Shown here: piece after piece, positions 1-7,669 of the stretch
How the letters are laid out: the number at the start of each line of letters is the position of its first letter
Position numbering within the stretch: the first letter of the stretch is position 1
Assembly (NCBI GenBank): GCA_963718225.1
Contig: CAVQYN010000019.1
Span: 253,994-277,993 of the forward strand
Source of the DNA: an uncultured Chloroflexia bacterium
GTDB taxonomy: Bacteria > Chloroflexota > Anaerolineae > UBA4142
Direction: 5' to 3'
Length of the DNA stretch: 24,000 bases
Notes under the pieces: generated by a model
The model's input: only the letters and a program-made list of their open reading frames with translations
Database searches by the model: none
What the model was told of the DNA's origin: nothing
Position numbers and translations under genes: made by a program

Positions 1-233
1 TGCCAACCGTGGCGTTTGATATTCCGGTGATGCGCGAATATTTGGGCGAATGGGGCGTCTACGCGCCGCTTGGCGATGCGCGCGCATTCGCCGAACGGAT
101 TCAGGGCTTGCTCGATCAACCGGCGCGTGCACGTGAAATTGGCACGGCATTGCGCGCCCGCGCGATTGCAAATTTCTCGTGGGATCGCGCGGGTCACGCG
201 ATTGAGCGTGTGTACGAGAAGGTAATCAAGTAG
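1..233 (+). CDS. Glycosyltransferase family 1 (GT-B fold), C-terminal fragment; the 5' end lies outside the window
   Basis: The frame of ORF 9..233 is open to the window edge and stops at TAG 231-233. The tail 'FDIPVMREYLGEWGVY..GDARAFAERIQGLLDQP..REIG...ARA..FSWDR' looks like the C-terminal region of GT4/GT1 enzymes. Recognised by eye only. Confidence 0.55.
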   Translation, partial: PTVAFDIPVMREYLGEWGVYAPLGDARAFAERIQGLLDQPARAREIGTALRARAIANFSWDRAGHAIERVYEKVIK

Positions 234-245
234 AGGACAGCGTAG

Positions 246-1595
246 ATGAAAATATTGCACGACAAAACGCACATTCATAATTTGCGCGACGACGCGCTGG
301 AAATTTATCACGCGGCGCTTGCCGCCGCCGATCCGCACGCGGCGGTTTTGCGCGTGATGCATCGCGAGGGCGAGCGATTGTTCGTGCAAGACCGCGAGTA
401 CGATTTGTCACGCTATCGGCGTGCGTTGGTGATCGGCTTTGGCAAAGCGAGTCCGGCGATGGCGCGCGCGGTGGAAGAAATCATCGGCGACCGGGTTGAG
501 CGGGGGTTGGTGATTACCAAGTATGAACACACGGCGCCGCTTGAAAAAATCGATTTGCATCACGCCGGGCATCCCTTGCTCGATGAGGCAGGGTTGCGTG
601 GCACGCAACAACTTTTAGAGTTGGTAGACACCGCCACCGTCGACGATTTGGTCATCGGCGTAATTTCTGGCGGCGGCTCGGCGTTGTTGGAACTGCCGGT
701 CGATGGCATTTCGCTCGCGGACTTGCGCGCAATGACGAGTGTGCTGTTGCGCGCCGGCGTGCCGATCAACGAACTCAACACAATCCGCAAACACATTTCG
801 CAAGTTAAAGGCGGGCAACTCGCGCGGCGCGCGGGGCAGGCGCAAATCATTTCGCTGATTTTATCCGATGTCATCGGTTCGCCGCTGGACACGATTGCAT
901 CCGGTCCAACCGCGCCCGATCCGACAACCTACGCCGACGCGTTGAATATCATCGACCGGCGCGGCTTGCGCACGCAATTGCCGGCGAGCATCATCGAACA
1001 TTTGCAAGCCGGCGCAAGCGAAGAAATTCCGGACACGCCGTACGCCGATGACCCGATGTTTGCGCGCGTGCAAAATGTCCTCGTCGCCGATAATGCGATT
1101 GCGTGCGACGCGGCAGTCGAAAAAGCGCAGGCGCTCGGCTACAACACGCTGATGCTGACGACGTATTTGCAGGGCGAGACGCGCGACGTGGCGCAAGCAT
1201 TTGTCGCAATTGCGAAAGAAATCGCCAAGGCGAATCGCCCGGTGGCGCGCCCGGCGTGCGTGATCGCCAGCGGCGAAACGACGGTGTTTGTGCGCGGCAT
1301 CGGCAAGGGCGGACGCAATCAGGAATTTGCGCTCGCGTCGGCAATCGAAATTGCCGGGATGCGCAACGTCGTCGTGCTGAGTTGCGGCACGGACGGCGCG
1401 GACGGTCCCACCGACGCCACCGGCGCCATTGTCGATGGCGCGACCGTCGCACGCGCGACCGAACTTGGACTTGTGCCGCGCGCGTTTCTGGCGAACAATG
1501 ATTCGTACCATTTCTTCAAGCCGCTCGGCGATTTGATTTTCACTGGACCGACTGGAACGAATGTGAATGATATTGTTGTGGTGTTAGTGCAATAA
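246..1595 (+). CDS. Glycerate 2-kinase / hydroxypyruvate reductase-like protein (DUF4147 + MOFRL family)
   Basis: Intact 449-aa ORF. AGAGGA at 232-237 lies 8 nt before the ATG at 246. Family-typical blocks are present: GFGKASPAMA, GHPLLDEAG, ISGGGSALLELP, IRKHISQVKGG, LILSDVIGSPLDTIASGPT, SGETTV..G.GKGGRNQEFAL, GTDGADGPTDATGAIVDG, and NNDSYHFF...GPTGTNVNDI. Confidence 0.85.
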   Translation: MKILHDKTHIHNLRDDALEIYHAALAAADPHAAVLRVMHREGERLFVQDREYDLSRYRRALVIGFGKASPAMARAVEEIIGDRVERGLVITKYEHTAPLEKIDLHHAGHPLLDEAGLRGTQQLLELVDTATVDDLVIGVISGGGSALLELPVDGISLADLRAMTSVLLRAGVPINELNTIRKHISQVKGGQLARRAGQAQIISLILSDVIGSPLDTIASGPTAPDPTTYADALNIIDRRGLRTQLPASIIEHLQAGASEEIPDTPYADDPMFARVQNVLVADNAIACDAAVEKAQALGYNTLMLTTYLQGETRDVAQAFVAIAKEIAKANRPVARPACVIASGETTVFVRGIGKGGRNQEFALASAIEIAGMRNVVVLSCGTDGADGPTDATGAIVDGATVARATELGLVPRAFLANNDSYHFFKPLGDLIFTGPTGTNVNDIVVVLVQ

Positions 1596-1640
1596 CATCG
1601 TAGCACGCCTCGTGCGCGCCCTTTATGTGGCAGCAAAAAA

Positions 1641-1668
1641 ACGGGAGACCACGAGGGTCGCCCCCTAC
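1641..1668 (+). repeat. REP-like imperfect palindromic element, copy 1 (cgggagaCCACGAGGGTCGCCCCctac)
   Basis: A 16-nt exact core, ccacgagggtcgcccc (1649-1664), recurs at 17464-17479. The flanks are similar in both copies: an A-run plus GGG upstream and 'tac' downstream. It forms an imperfect hairpin and lies in the intergenic region after a gene end. Confidence 0.6.
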
Positions 1669-1676
1669 GAAAAATC

Positions 1677-1707
1677 AAGACCCGAAGGATTTTTCCCTTC
1701 GGGTCTT
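1677..1707. terminator. Bidirectional rho-independent terminator between convergent genes
   Basis: A perfect 12-bp stem, aagacccgaagg (1677-1688) / ccttcgggtctt (1696-1707), encloses a 7-nt loop. An A-run lies upstream and ttttaatttctattt lies downstream. It sits between the stop of 246..1595 (+) and the stop of 1715..3163 (-). Confidence 0.8.
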
Positions 1708-1714
1708 TTAATTT

Positions 1715-3163
1715 CTATTTCGGAGTTAGCGTTGCCGGGGCAAGCGGGACTGTCGGCGGCGCGACCGCTGGAAGCGTGGGCGCTTTGCCGCTTTTGCAAT
1801 CGTTCATGCCGCGTTGCGCCACCGTGTTGTTCGCGTCGAGTTTCAGTGCTAGATCGAAATAGGGCAGCGCCTGATTGCACTGATTTGTCTGCCCGTACGC
1901 AATTCCCAGGTACGCCAAGTCTTCGGCGTTGTTGGGATTGAGCGTGATCGCGCGGCGCAACGATGTAACCGCGTCCGCCGGTCGGTTCGCGGCGAGATAC
2001 GCAAGCCCGAGCCGGCTGATTGCCGGCGTGTATCCGCCGTACAGTTCACTGGCTTTTTGATATTCCGGAATCGCATTCAGCGGATTGTTGAAATAGATTC
2101 GCAACACCTCGGCGAGTTCAAAATGCCGGAAGAACAGTTGCGGCTCGAGCGCGGCGGTTTGTTGCCATTCCGTCAACGCGCTATCCTTTTGTCCTTGAAT
2201 CGTTAGCACCCACGCCATCGCGCGATGCGCTTCCGCGCTTTGCGGCGCGAGTTGCAACGCGGTCTGCGCTTGCGGTTCCGCATCGGTCACGCGGCGCGCC
2301 AGCAAGTATGCTTCGGCAAGAAACGCGTGCGCGTTGGCGTTTCTGCCATCGAGTTGCACGGCTTTTTCGCACGTCGCAATCGCGTCATTGCCTTGACCAT
2401 TCCACAACAGCGCGCGACAAAACTGCGCGTGCGCATCGGCGTCGCTCGGTCCCAACTGCACGGCTTGTTGTGCTTTGGTCACTGCGTCTTGAGATTGTCC
2501 TTTGAACGCGAGCGCGCGCGACCAACGCGCAATCGGCATTGCGCTCGTCGGCGCGACGCGCGCGGCGTTTTGATATTGCGCAATCGCGCTATCGATTTGA
2601 CTTTGCAGGACGAGTTGATCGGCGGTCGCAACAATCACTGCCATCTGATTCGATGTTGCCGGCTGAAAAGTTGCCGGCGTGGCAGTGGCAGACGGACGAC
2701 CGCCGCCGGTAATTGCGCGACTGATCGATTGTCCGGTCAAGTTATCGAAGAGAAATAGAAATCCGATGACGAACAATAGCGCAATCAACACGCCGCCGAT
2801 AATCAACACCGGTCCGCTTATCGGCAATGCCGGCGATGGTTTGCGCGCTGGCGCTTCGTATATTGGCTCATCGTGTACGGGTTGTTGAGGTGTGTGTTTG
2901 CGCGGCGCGACCGGCAACGGCTTGGTTTCGATAGGACCGTGTGAACTTGATGTGGCATCGCGCGGCGGTTGCGACGGAACCCAGCGCACGCCATCGTACA
3001 TATACCAACGCCCGCTTTGCGCGCCGATCATCCACCAACGATTGAGCGTATCCTGGAAACGCAATTTATCGACCTGGGCTTTGAATTGTTCGGCGGTCAA
3101 TACGCCCAGATCGAGTTTGCCTTTAAGTTCAAAAAATTGCTTTTCCAAATTTTCTACGATCAT
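1715..3163 (-). CDS. Membrane-anchored TPR-repeat protein: cytoplasmic Trp-rich N-terminal domain, one TM helix, C-terminal TPR array
   Basis: The start is placed at ATG 3163 (MIVENLEK...) rather than at the ORF-track start of 3247. That ATG overlaps the upstream gene's TGA as ATGA (3160-3163), and AGGAG lies 7 nt upstream. The TM helix is PVLIIGGVLIALLFVIGFLFLF. Several 34-aa A/L/Y/G-patterned repeats follow (e.g. ..AIAQYQNAARVAP.., ..AYLGIAYGQTNQCNQALPYFDLALKLD..). Confidence 0.7.
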   Translation of the reverse strand: MIVENLEKQFFELKGKLDLGVLTAEQFKAQVDKLRFQDTLNRWWMIGAQSGRWYMYDGVRWVPSQPPRDATSSSHGPIETKPLPVAPRKHTPQQPVHDEPIYEAPARKPSPALPISGPVLIIGGVLIALLFVIGFLFLFDNLTGQSISRAITGGGRPSATATPATFQPATSNQMAVIVATADQLVLQSQIDSAIAQYQNAARVAPTSAMPIARWSRALAFKGQSQDAVTKAQQAVQLGPSDADAHAQFCRALLWNGQGNDAIATCEKAVQLDGRNANAHAFLAEAYLLARRVTDAEPQAQTALQLAPQSAEAHRAMAWVLTIQGQKDSALTEWQQTAALEPQLFFRHFELAEVLRIYFNNPLNAIPEYQKASELYGGYTPAISRLGLAYLAANRPADAVTSLRRAITLNPNNAEDLAYLGIAYGQTNQCNQALPYFDLALKLDANNTVAQRGMNDCKSGKAPTLPAVAPPTVPLAPATLTPK

Positions 3164-3904
3164 GCGTGGCTCCTCACAGCTTCCTCGACGGCTTGCACAA
3201 ACGCCTTGAAAACTCCAATCATTCGTGTGTCCGCATCGATCATCCACTCGGGATGAAATTGCACACCGACGGCAAAATGTTGATTGTCGGATTCGATGCC
3301 TTCGATGACGCCGTCCGGCGCGCGCGCGACGACGTGAAATCCTGGCGCGATCTGTTTCAACGATTGATGATGCAGGCTGTTCACTTTAATTTTCGTCGCG
3401 CCGAGCGCGCGCGCTAATCGCGACGTCGGTTCAAGTTCGATGCTGTGCGCGAGAAAATCGTACGGATTGCCTTTGACGTGTTGATGTTTTAGCGGACTCT
3501 GCAGTTGCGCGGGAATGTCTTGATACAACGAGCCGCCCGCCGCGACGTTCATCATTTGAATGCCGCGACAAATTCCCAGCGTCGGTTTGTTTTCCGCAAA
3601 TGCCCAACGCAAGAGTTGCTAGTTCGATGGTGTCGCGTGCGGGGTCGATCTCGCCGCAATAATCTTGCACCGGCTCGCCGTACTCTTGGGGATGCACGTC
3701 GACGCCGCCTTGCATCAGCAAACCGTCCAGCCGATTGAAAATCGCGCGCAAGGTTGCCTCGCCGAGTCCGAGTGGAATCAAGAGCGGCGCGCCGCCGGCA
3801 AGTTCGATGGCGCGGGTGTACGTCGCGAGACCAGCGTAGCGCAAAAGCGTATCGTCCGGCAATGTCAGCGAACGCGTTGGAATTCCGATGAGTGGTTTGG
3901 TCAT
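3160..3904 (-). CDS. Gamma-glutamyl-GABA hydrolase-like class I glutamine amidotransferase (peptidase C26, PuuD-like); split by one frameshift in this sequence
   Basis: ORFs 3431..3904 and 3160..3612 supply the N-terminal half (MTKPLIGIPT...GGVDVHPQEYGE...DPARDTIEL) and the C-terminal half (LLRWAFAENKPTLGICRGIQMMNV...VGVQFHPEW) of a single C26 protein. They join at about 3612-3625. The total of 745 nt is 3n+1, consistent with a 1-nt insertion. ATGA start/stop overlaps occur at both ends of the gene. Confidence 0.75.
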
Positions 3905-4818
3905 AGAACTGGATTGGCCAATCGTCCCAGCCCTTCGATTTCAACTTCGATGGTGTCGCCGGGGCGCAAGTACGTTGGCGGGGTGCGATAATGTCCCACG
4001 CCGGCGGGCGTGCCGCTGGCAATAATGTCGCCCGGCATCAGTGTGATGCCTTGTGAAATAAAGGCGATGAGTTGCGCGACACCGTTGATCATAAAGCCGG
4101 TGTTGGCGTCTTGCCGCAATTCACCATTGACCCAGGTTCGAATCGCCAGATTTTGCGGATCGGCGATTTCATCGCGCGTGATAATGTGCGGACCCATTGG
4201 GCAAAACGTATCGAGCGATTTGCCGCGCGCCCATTGCTTGCCGCCTTTTTCATCGAACTGCAAGTCGCGCGCGCTAATGTCGTTCAAGTTGCAATAGCCA
4301 AACACAAAATCGAGCGCTTCAGCTTCGGGCACACGACAGGCGCGTTTGCCGATGATGACACCCAGTTCGCCTTCATAATCGACTTGATGCGTTAACTCCG
4401 CATCCCAGTGAATTGATTCGCCAGGTCCGATAATCGAATTAGGAAACTTGGGGAACAGAATCGGCTGAATGTTCGTCGTGTCCACATCGTTTTGCTCGCG
4501 GCGATGTTCGCCATAGTTCAAGCCAATCGCGACAATCTTTGACGGGTTGGACAACGGCGCGAGAAATTGCGCGGCGTCGAGCTTGAACGAAATGCCATCG
4601 ACGAAGCGATGTCCAAAGAATTCTAGCGTTTCATTCGCGGCATCCCACGCCTCCTCGCCGCGTTGAATAAATCCGAGGACGTCGGCGGCGAGATAATGCG
4701 CTTCCAGCCCGCGCGAGGCGAGATGCATCGCGCGCGCCAGATTCAAATCGATGACGTGTTCGCCGCGGACGGCGCCCCAGCGCGTCTGTCCGCCGGCGGA
4801 AAAAGTTGCAATCTTCAC
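3901..4818 (-). CDS. Fumarylacetoacetate hydrolase (FAH) family protein (2-keto-4-pentenoate hydratase / oxaloacetate decarboxylase-like)
   Basis: Intact 305-aa ORF starting at GTG 4818, with AGGAG 7 nt upstream. FAH-family blocks are present: KIVAIGLNY..H, YEGELGVIIGK, GYCNLNDISARDLQ, GKSLDTFCPMGP, GDIIASGTPAGVG. Confidence 0.85.
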   Translation of the reverse strand: MKIATFSAGGQTRWGAVRGEHVIDLNLARAMHLASRGLEAHYLAADVLGFIQRGEEAWDAANETLEFFGHRFVDGISFKLDAAQFLAPLSNPSKIVAIGLNYGEHRREQNDVDTTNIQPILFPKFPNSIIGPGESIHWDAELTHQVDYEGELGVIIGKRACRVPEAEALDFVFGYCNLNDISARDLQFDEKGGKQWARGKSLDTFCPMGPHIITRDEIADPQNLAIRTWVNGELRQDANTGFMINGVAQLIAFISQGITLMPGDIIASGTPAGVGHYRTPPTYLRPGDTIEVEIEGLGRLANPVL

Positions 4819-4841
4819 AGTTTTCTCCTGATGCGCTCAAC

Positions 4842-4870
4842 ATTCTACTACAAGTCGATGCTGTGTGCAA
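4842..4870 (-). promoter_or_regulatory. Sigma70-type promoter for the FAH / C26 amidotransferase / TPR operon
   Basis: On the minus strand: TTGCAC (4870-4865), a 17-nt spacer, then TAGAAT (4847-4842). The -10 element ends 23 nt upstream of the GTG start (4818). Confidence 0.5.
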
Positions 4871-4883
4871 AACCACGTTTGTC

Positions 4884-7203
4884 TCATCGTTCTGTTCTTA
4901 CTGCCAAACGTTGTCCGTCTCCAACAAACTCAATCGTCCCGCGCGCGCCGGTTTCCAAAATGGTTACACCTTCCATCAGCGCGCGAAATTCGGTCGATAG
5001 CGGCGTGTCGTTACTGAACACAATCGCAAATTGCGGATTCATTGCGCCGATGAAATCACGCGCAAGCTTGCGCGGCGCGACGACAATCGTTTGGTCGATG
5101 ATTTGCGCGCTCAACGCATCTTGGTCGTCGATGTTTGCGCTGTCTGCCAGCAAAATCGACGTGTTCGCCGCATCGATTTGCACTGCCGCGCGCCGCGCGT
5201 CTTCTGAGAGATGCGCGATACGCAAATGCACATGCGTATCCAAATCGATTTGCAGATCCGATTGCGCGGAGAGCAGTGGAATGTTTTTCTGCGCGAGCAA
5301 ATCATTCCACTTGCGTGTCGCCGCATTGTCCTTGGGTTGCGCGACTTGGACAATTTGCCGCACCGCGAATCGTTCCAACACGCTGGCGAGCCCAGCAAAA
5401 TGCGCGTCATCGAAATTCGTCACGACGATGACATCGATAGCGCGATCCCAAAACGGCATCCGTTCTCCCAACGCGGAGAGAATCGCGCTGGGACTCGCGC
5501 CGCCGTCGATCAACACGCGCGCGCCGTTCGGTGTTCGCACAAATGTCGCCGCGCCGCCAGTGTCCAAGAATTCGATATGAATCTTGTTGTCCGGAATCGT
5601 GAACGTGAGATTGCCGATCCACACACCGGCAATCAACGCGATACCTAGCACAAACGCCGGCGAAATTGGCAAGGGGACACTGGCAGGCGTGCCGAAGTTT
5701 TCGGTGGCGGCGCGAACTGTTCGAGCCAATGTCTTTGTGTGGCGATGAACAAGAGCAAATACGCCGCGAGGATCAGTATGTTGAAATGTCCAACCTCAAT
5801 CGCGGCAAATGGAATTTGCGCGACGGCTTGTACGACCAGAATCGTGAACTCGAGAAATGCCCACGCGATCCATGCGATGGCTTGACCGAGCGGGTTGGAA
5901 AATCATCGCGGTCATAGTCGCGAGCCCGCCCCAAATCATCACCGCCGGCTGTGCCGGCAAAATCAGAAAATTTGCAAACAAGCCGATGAGCGAGAGGCGA
6001 TGAAATGTGAATGCGATTAGCGGCGTCGTCGTAATTTGCGCGGCAATCGACACGATGAATGTGTCACTGATTGCGCCGACAATTTGCTGCGCGCGCTCGG
6101 CAGATGTGAATCGAGAATAGAAATTTTCAAACGCACGCGTGAGCGGCGCGACGTACAGAATCAGCCCGAGGGTAGCAAAGAAACTGAGTTGAAAGCCGAC
6201 ATCGAAGAGTGTGAACGGGTTCAGTGCCGACATTATCAGCGCGGCAATAGCAAGCGCGTTGAGCGCGGTGTTGGGACGATGATAGTGCGCGGCGATCACG
6301 CTCAACGAACCCATAATCGCCGCGCGCACAACCGACGCGCCGGCGCCGACGAGCAAAGTGTAAATCACAAGTCCCAGGATGACGATGAGCGTCGCACGCT
6401 TGGCGCCAACAACGCGCCGCGCGAGTTGCGCCAACAGCCCGGCGATAATCGTGATGTTGAATCCGGAAATTGCGATGATGTGCGCGGTGTTCGTCGCGTT
6501 GAACGCGTCGCGGACATTTGCGGGGATGCCGGCTTCATCACCAATCAAAATGCCGGCGAGCAACGACGCGGCAGGCTCCGGTAAAATTGTATCGATGGTT
6601 TCAAGCGCGCGTTCGCGGAAACTGTACAACATTGTCCAAAAGGGTTCGCCTTGTCCGCGCGCGAGAATTTAAACATTGCCGTAGACGCGCACGAGCGAAT
6701 GAATGCCTTGGCGCGCGAGATAATCCTTGTACGAGAAATCGTCGAATTCCGGCGGTGTCGCCGGCTCACCGAAGATTTGGATCGAATCGCCGTAGCGAAT
6801 GTCCGCCTCACGCGGCATGATGACGAGCGCAAGTCCGGCAACCTCGCGCCATTCGTTTTGCACGCGGATGCGCGAAACGCTGAGATGCGCGCGCGTGTTG
6901 TAATCACGCACCTCGGGCATATCGGATAGTGCCGACGAGCAACGCCGTACCATGATCGTCATAGTGAGCGAGGTCGTTGATGGTCCATTGCGCCGGTGCG
7001 AGCGCGCAAGTGTAACGAATTGCACCGAGGAGGAGTACGAGGGATGAAAAGTGAACGATGCGGAGGAAACTGCTGTGCCGCCAAACCGCGAACAAACCCA
7101 GTGGTAACACGAGCCACCAGAGCCAGATTTCGATTGGCACTGGGATAGCGGATGCGATGAAGATTTCACTTGCCCAGGCGATAGCCAAGTAAATCAACAG
7201 CAT
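4884..7203 (-). pseudogene. comEC: ComEC/Rec2 DNA internalisation channel (DUF4131 + competence domain + metallo-beta-lactamase domain), interrupted by 3 frameshifts and 1 in-frame TAA
   Basis: The pieces are co-linear. The N-terminal TM/OB part lies in ORFs 6904..7203 and 6669..7169. The competence domain lies in 5796..6632 (LAGILIGDEAGIP...TAHIIAISGFNI..). An unlisted frame covers about 5647-5895 (LGQAIAWIAWAFLEFTILVVQAVAQIPFAAIEV...). The MBL domain lies in 4884..5729 (IEFLDTGGAATFVRTPNGARVLIDGG). The frame switches at about 6921-6930, 5888-5897 and 5650-5735. An in-frame TAA sits at 6669-6671 (VYGNV*ILARGQGEPFW). Total length is 2320 nt (3n+1). The promoter and SD are intact. Confidence 0.8.
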
Positions 7204-7237
7204 CGATGTTCCTTCGATGGTCAGACGATTCGGGAAA

Positions 7238-7266
7238 ATTTTACATCAAATCGGCGTTGGGCGCAA
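7238..7266 (-). promoter_or_regulatory. Sigma70-type promoter of comEC
   Basis: On the minus strand: TTGCGC (7266-7261), a 17-nt spacer, then TAAAAT (7243-7238). GAAGGA lies 6 nt before ATG 7203. Confidence 0.45.
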
Positions 7267-7271
7267 TAGGT

Positions 7272-7300
7272 TTGACGAATTGCAACTCCGGTGCTAAACT
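7272..7300 (+). promoter_or_regulatory. Sigma70-type promoter of the T4SS-like operon, back-to-back with the comEC promoter
   Basis: TTGACG (7272-7277), a 17-nt spacer, then TAAACT (7295-7300). The two -35 boxes are only 5 bp apart. AGGAG at 7333-7337 precedes the ATG at 7343. Confidence 0.5.
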
Positions 7301-7342
7301 CTTTGTGAAATTATCGCAGCTTGATTTGCGAAAGGAGTTCCG

Positions 7343-7669
7343 ATGGGTGGTCTGGTTCAGAAAATTCTGGAAGGCAACTTTTCTTCGCCGCTGACTTTTG
7401 TTTTCATCATTTTCTCTCTGCTGGCGTTTTACTTTTTGGTTCGATTAGGTTGGATCTTCTTCGTGCGCGGCGACGAATTCGCCGAGAGCGTGGATGGCAA
7501 ACGCCAAGTCAAGAACACGGTGCGGCTTTTGCTCATCACCATATTCATTGCGCTCTTTAGCGGATTCATTTTCGAATTCGTGCGCGTCGGGCAAAGATGC
7601 GGTCGCGGCAAGCGCGCCCGGTGCCGCACGCGGGTTTTTCGATTGGTTGTTGGGCAAGTAAACTATTGA
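7343..7669 (+). CDS. Small 2-TM membrane protein, possibly a VirB2/TrbC-like or other T4SS accessory subunit; C-terminus uncertain
   Basis: Strong SD and ATG. There are two hydrophobic helices, PLTFVFIIFSLLAFYFLVRLGWIFF and VRLLLITIFIALFSGFIFEFV. The Arg/Cys-rich tail after about 7580 looks out of frame. A third frame gives '..SGKDAVAASAPGAARGFFDWLLGK*' ending at TAA 7658-7660, so a frameshift near 7575-7590 is possible. Confidence 0.45.
   Translation: MGGLVQKILEGNFSSPLTFVFIIFSLLAFYFLVRLGWIFFVRGDEFAESVDGKRQVKNTVRLLLITIFIALFSGFIFEFVRVGQRCGRGKRARCRTRVFRLVVGQVNY

Noticed and set aside
861-1511. Long antisense ORFs opposite well-supported genes, e.g. 861..1511(-), 4663..5580(+), 9595..10539(-), 14462..15007(+), 18027..18575(+), 23247..23810(-)
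   Set aside because: They are Arg/Ala/Cys-rich, low-complexity translations typical of shadow ORFs in GC-rich DNA. Each lies entirely inside a gene whose product has clear family motifs, and none has SD or promoter signals.
1612-1941. ORFs 1612..1941(+) and 1319..1678(-) spanning the REP-like element and the terminator
   Set aside because: The translations (..ETTRVAPYEKSRPEGFFPSG.. / ..GRPSWSPVFLL..) are artefacts of reading through palindromic intergenic elements. The first also overlaps the 3' end of the TPR gene in antisense.
3612-3625. Programmed ribosomal frameshifting or recoding as the explanation for the split genes
   Set aside because: I saw no slippery heptamer plus downstream structure at the junctions. 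The sites occur in at least seven unrelated genes and shift in both directions. Random indels, whether error or mutation, are the simpler explanation.
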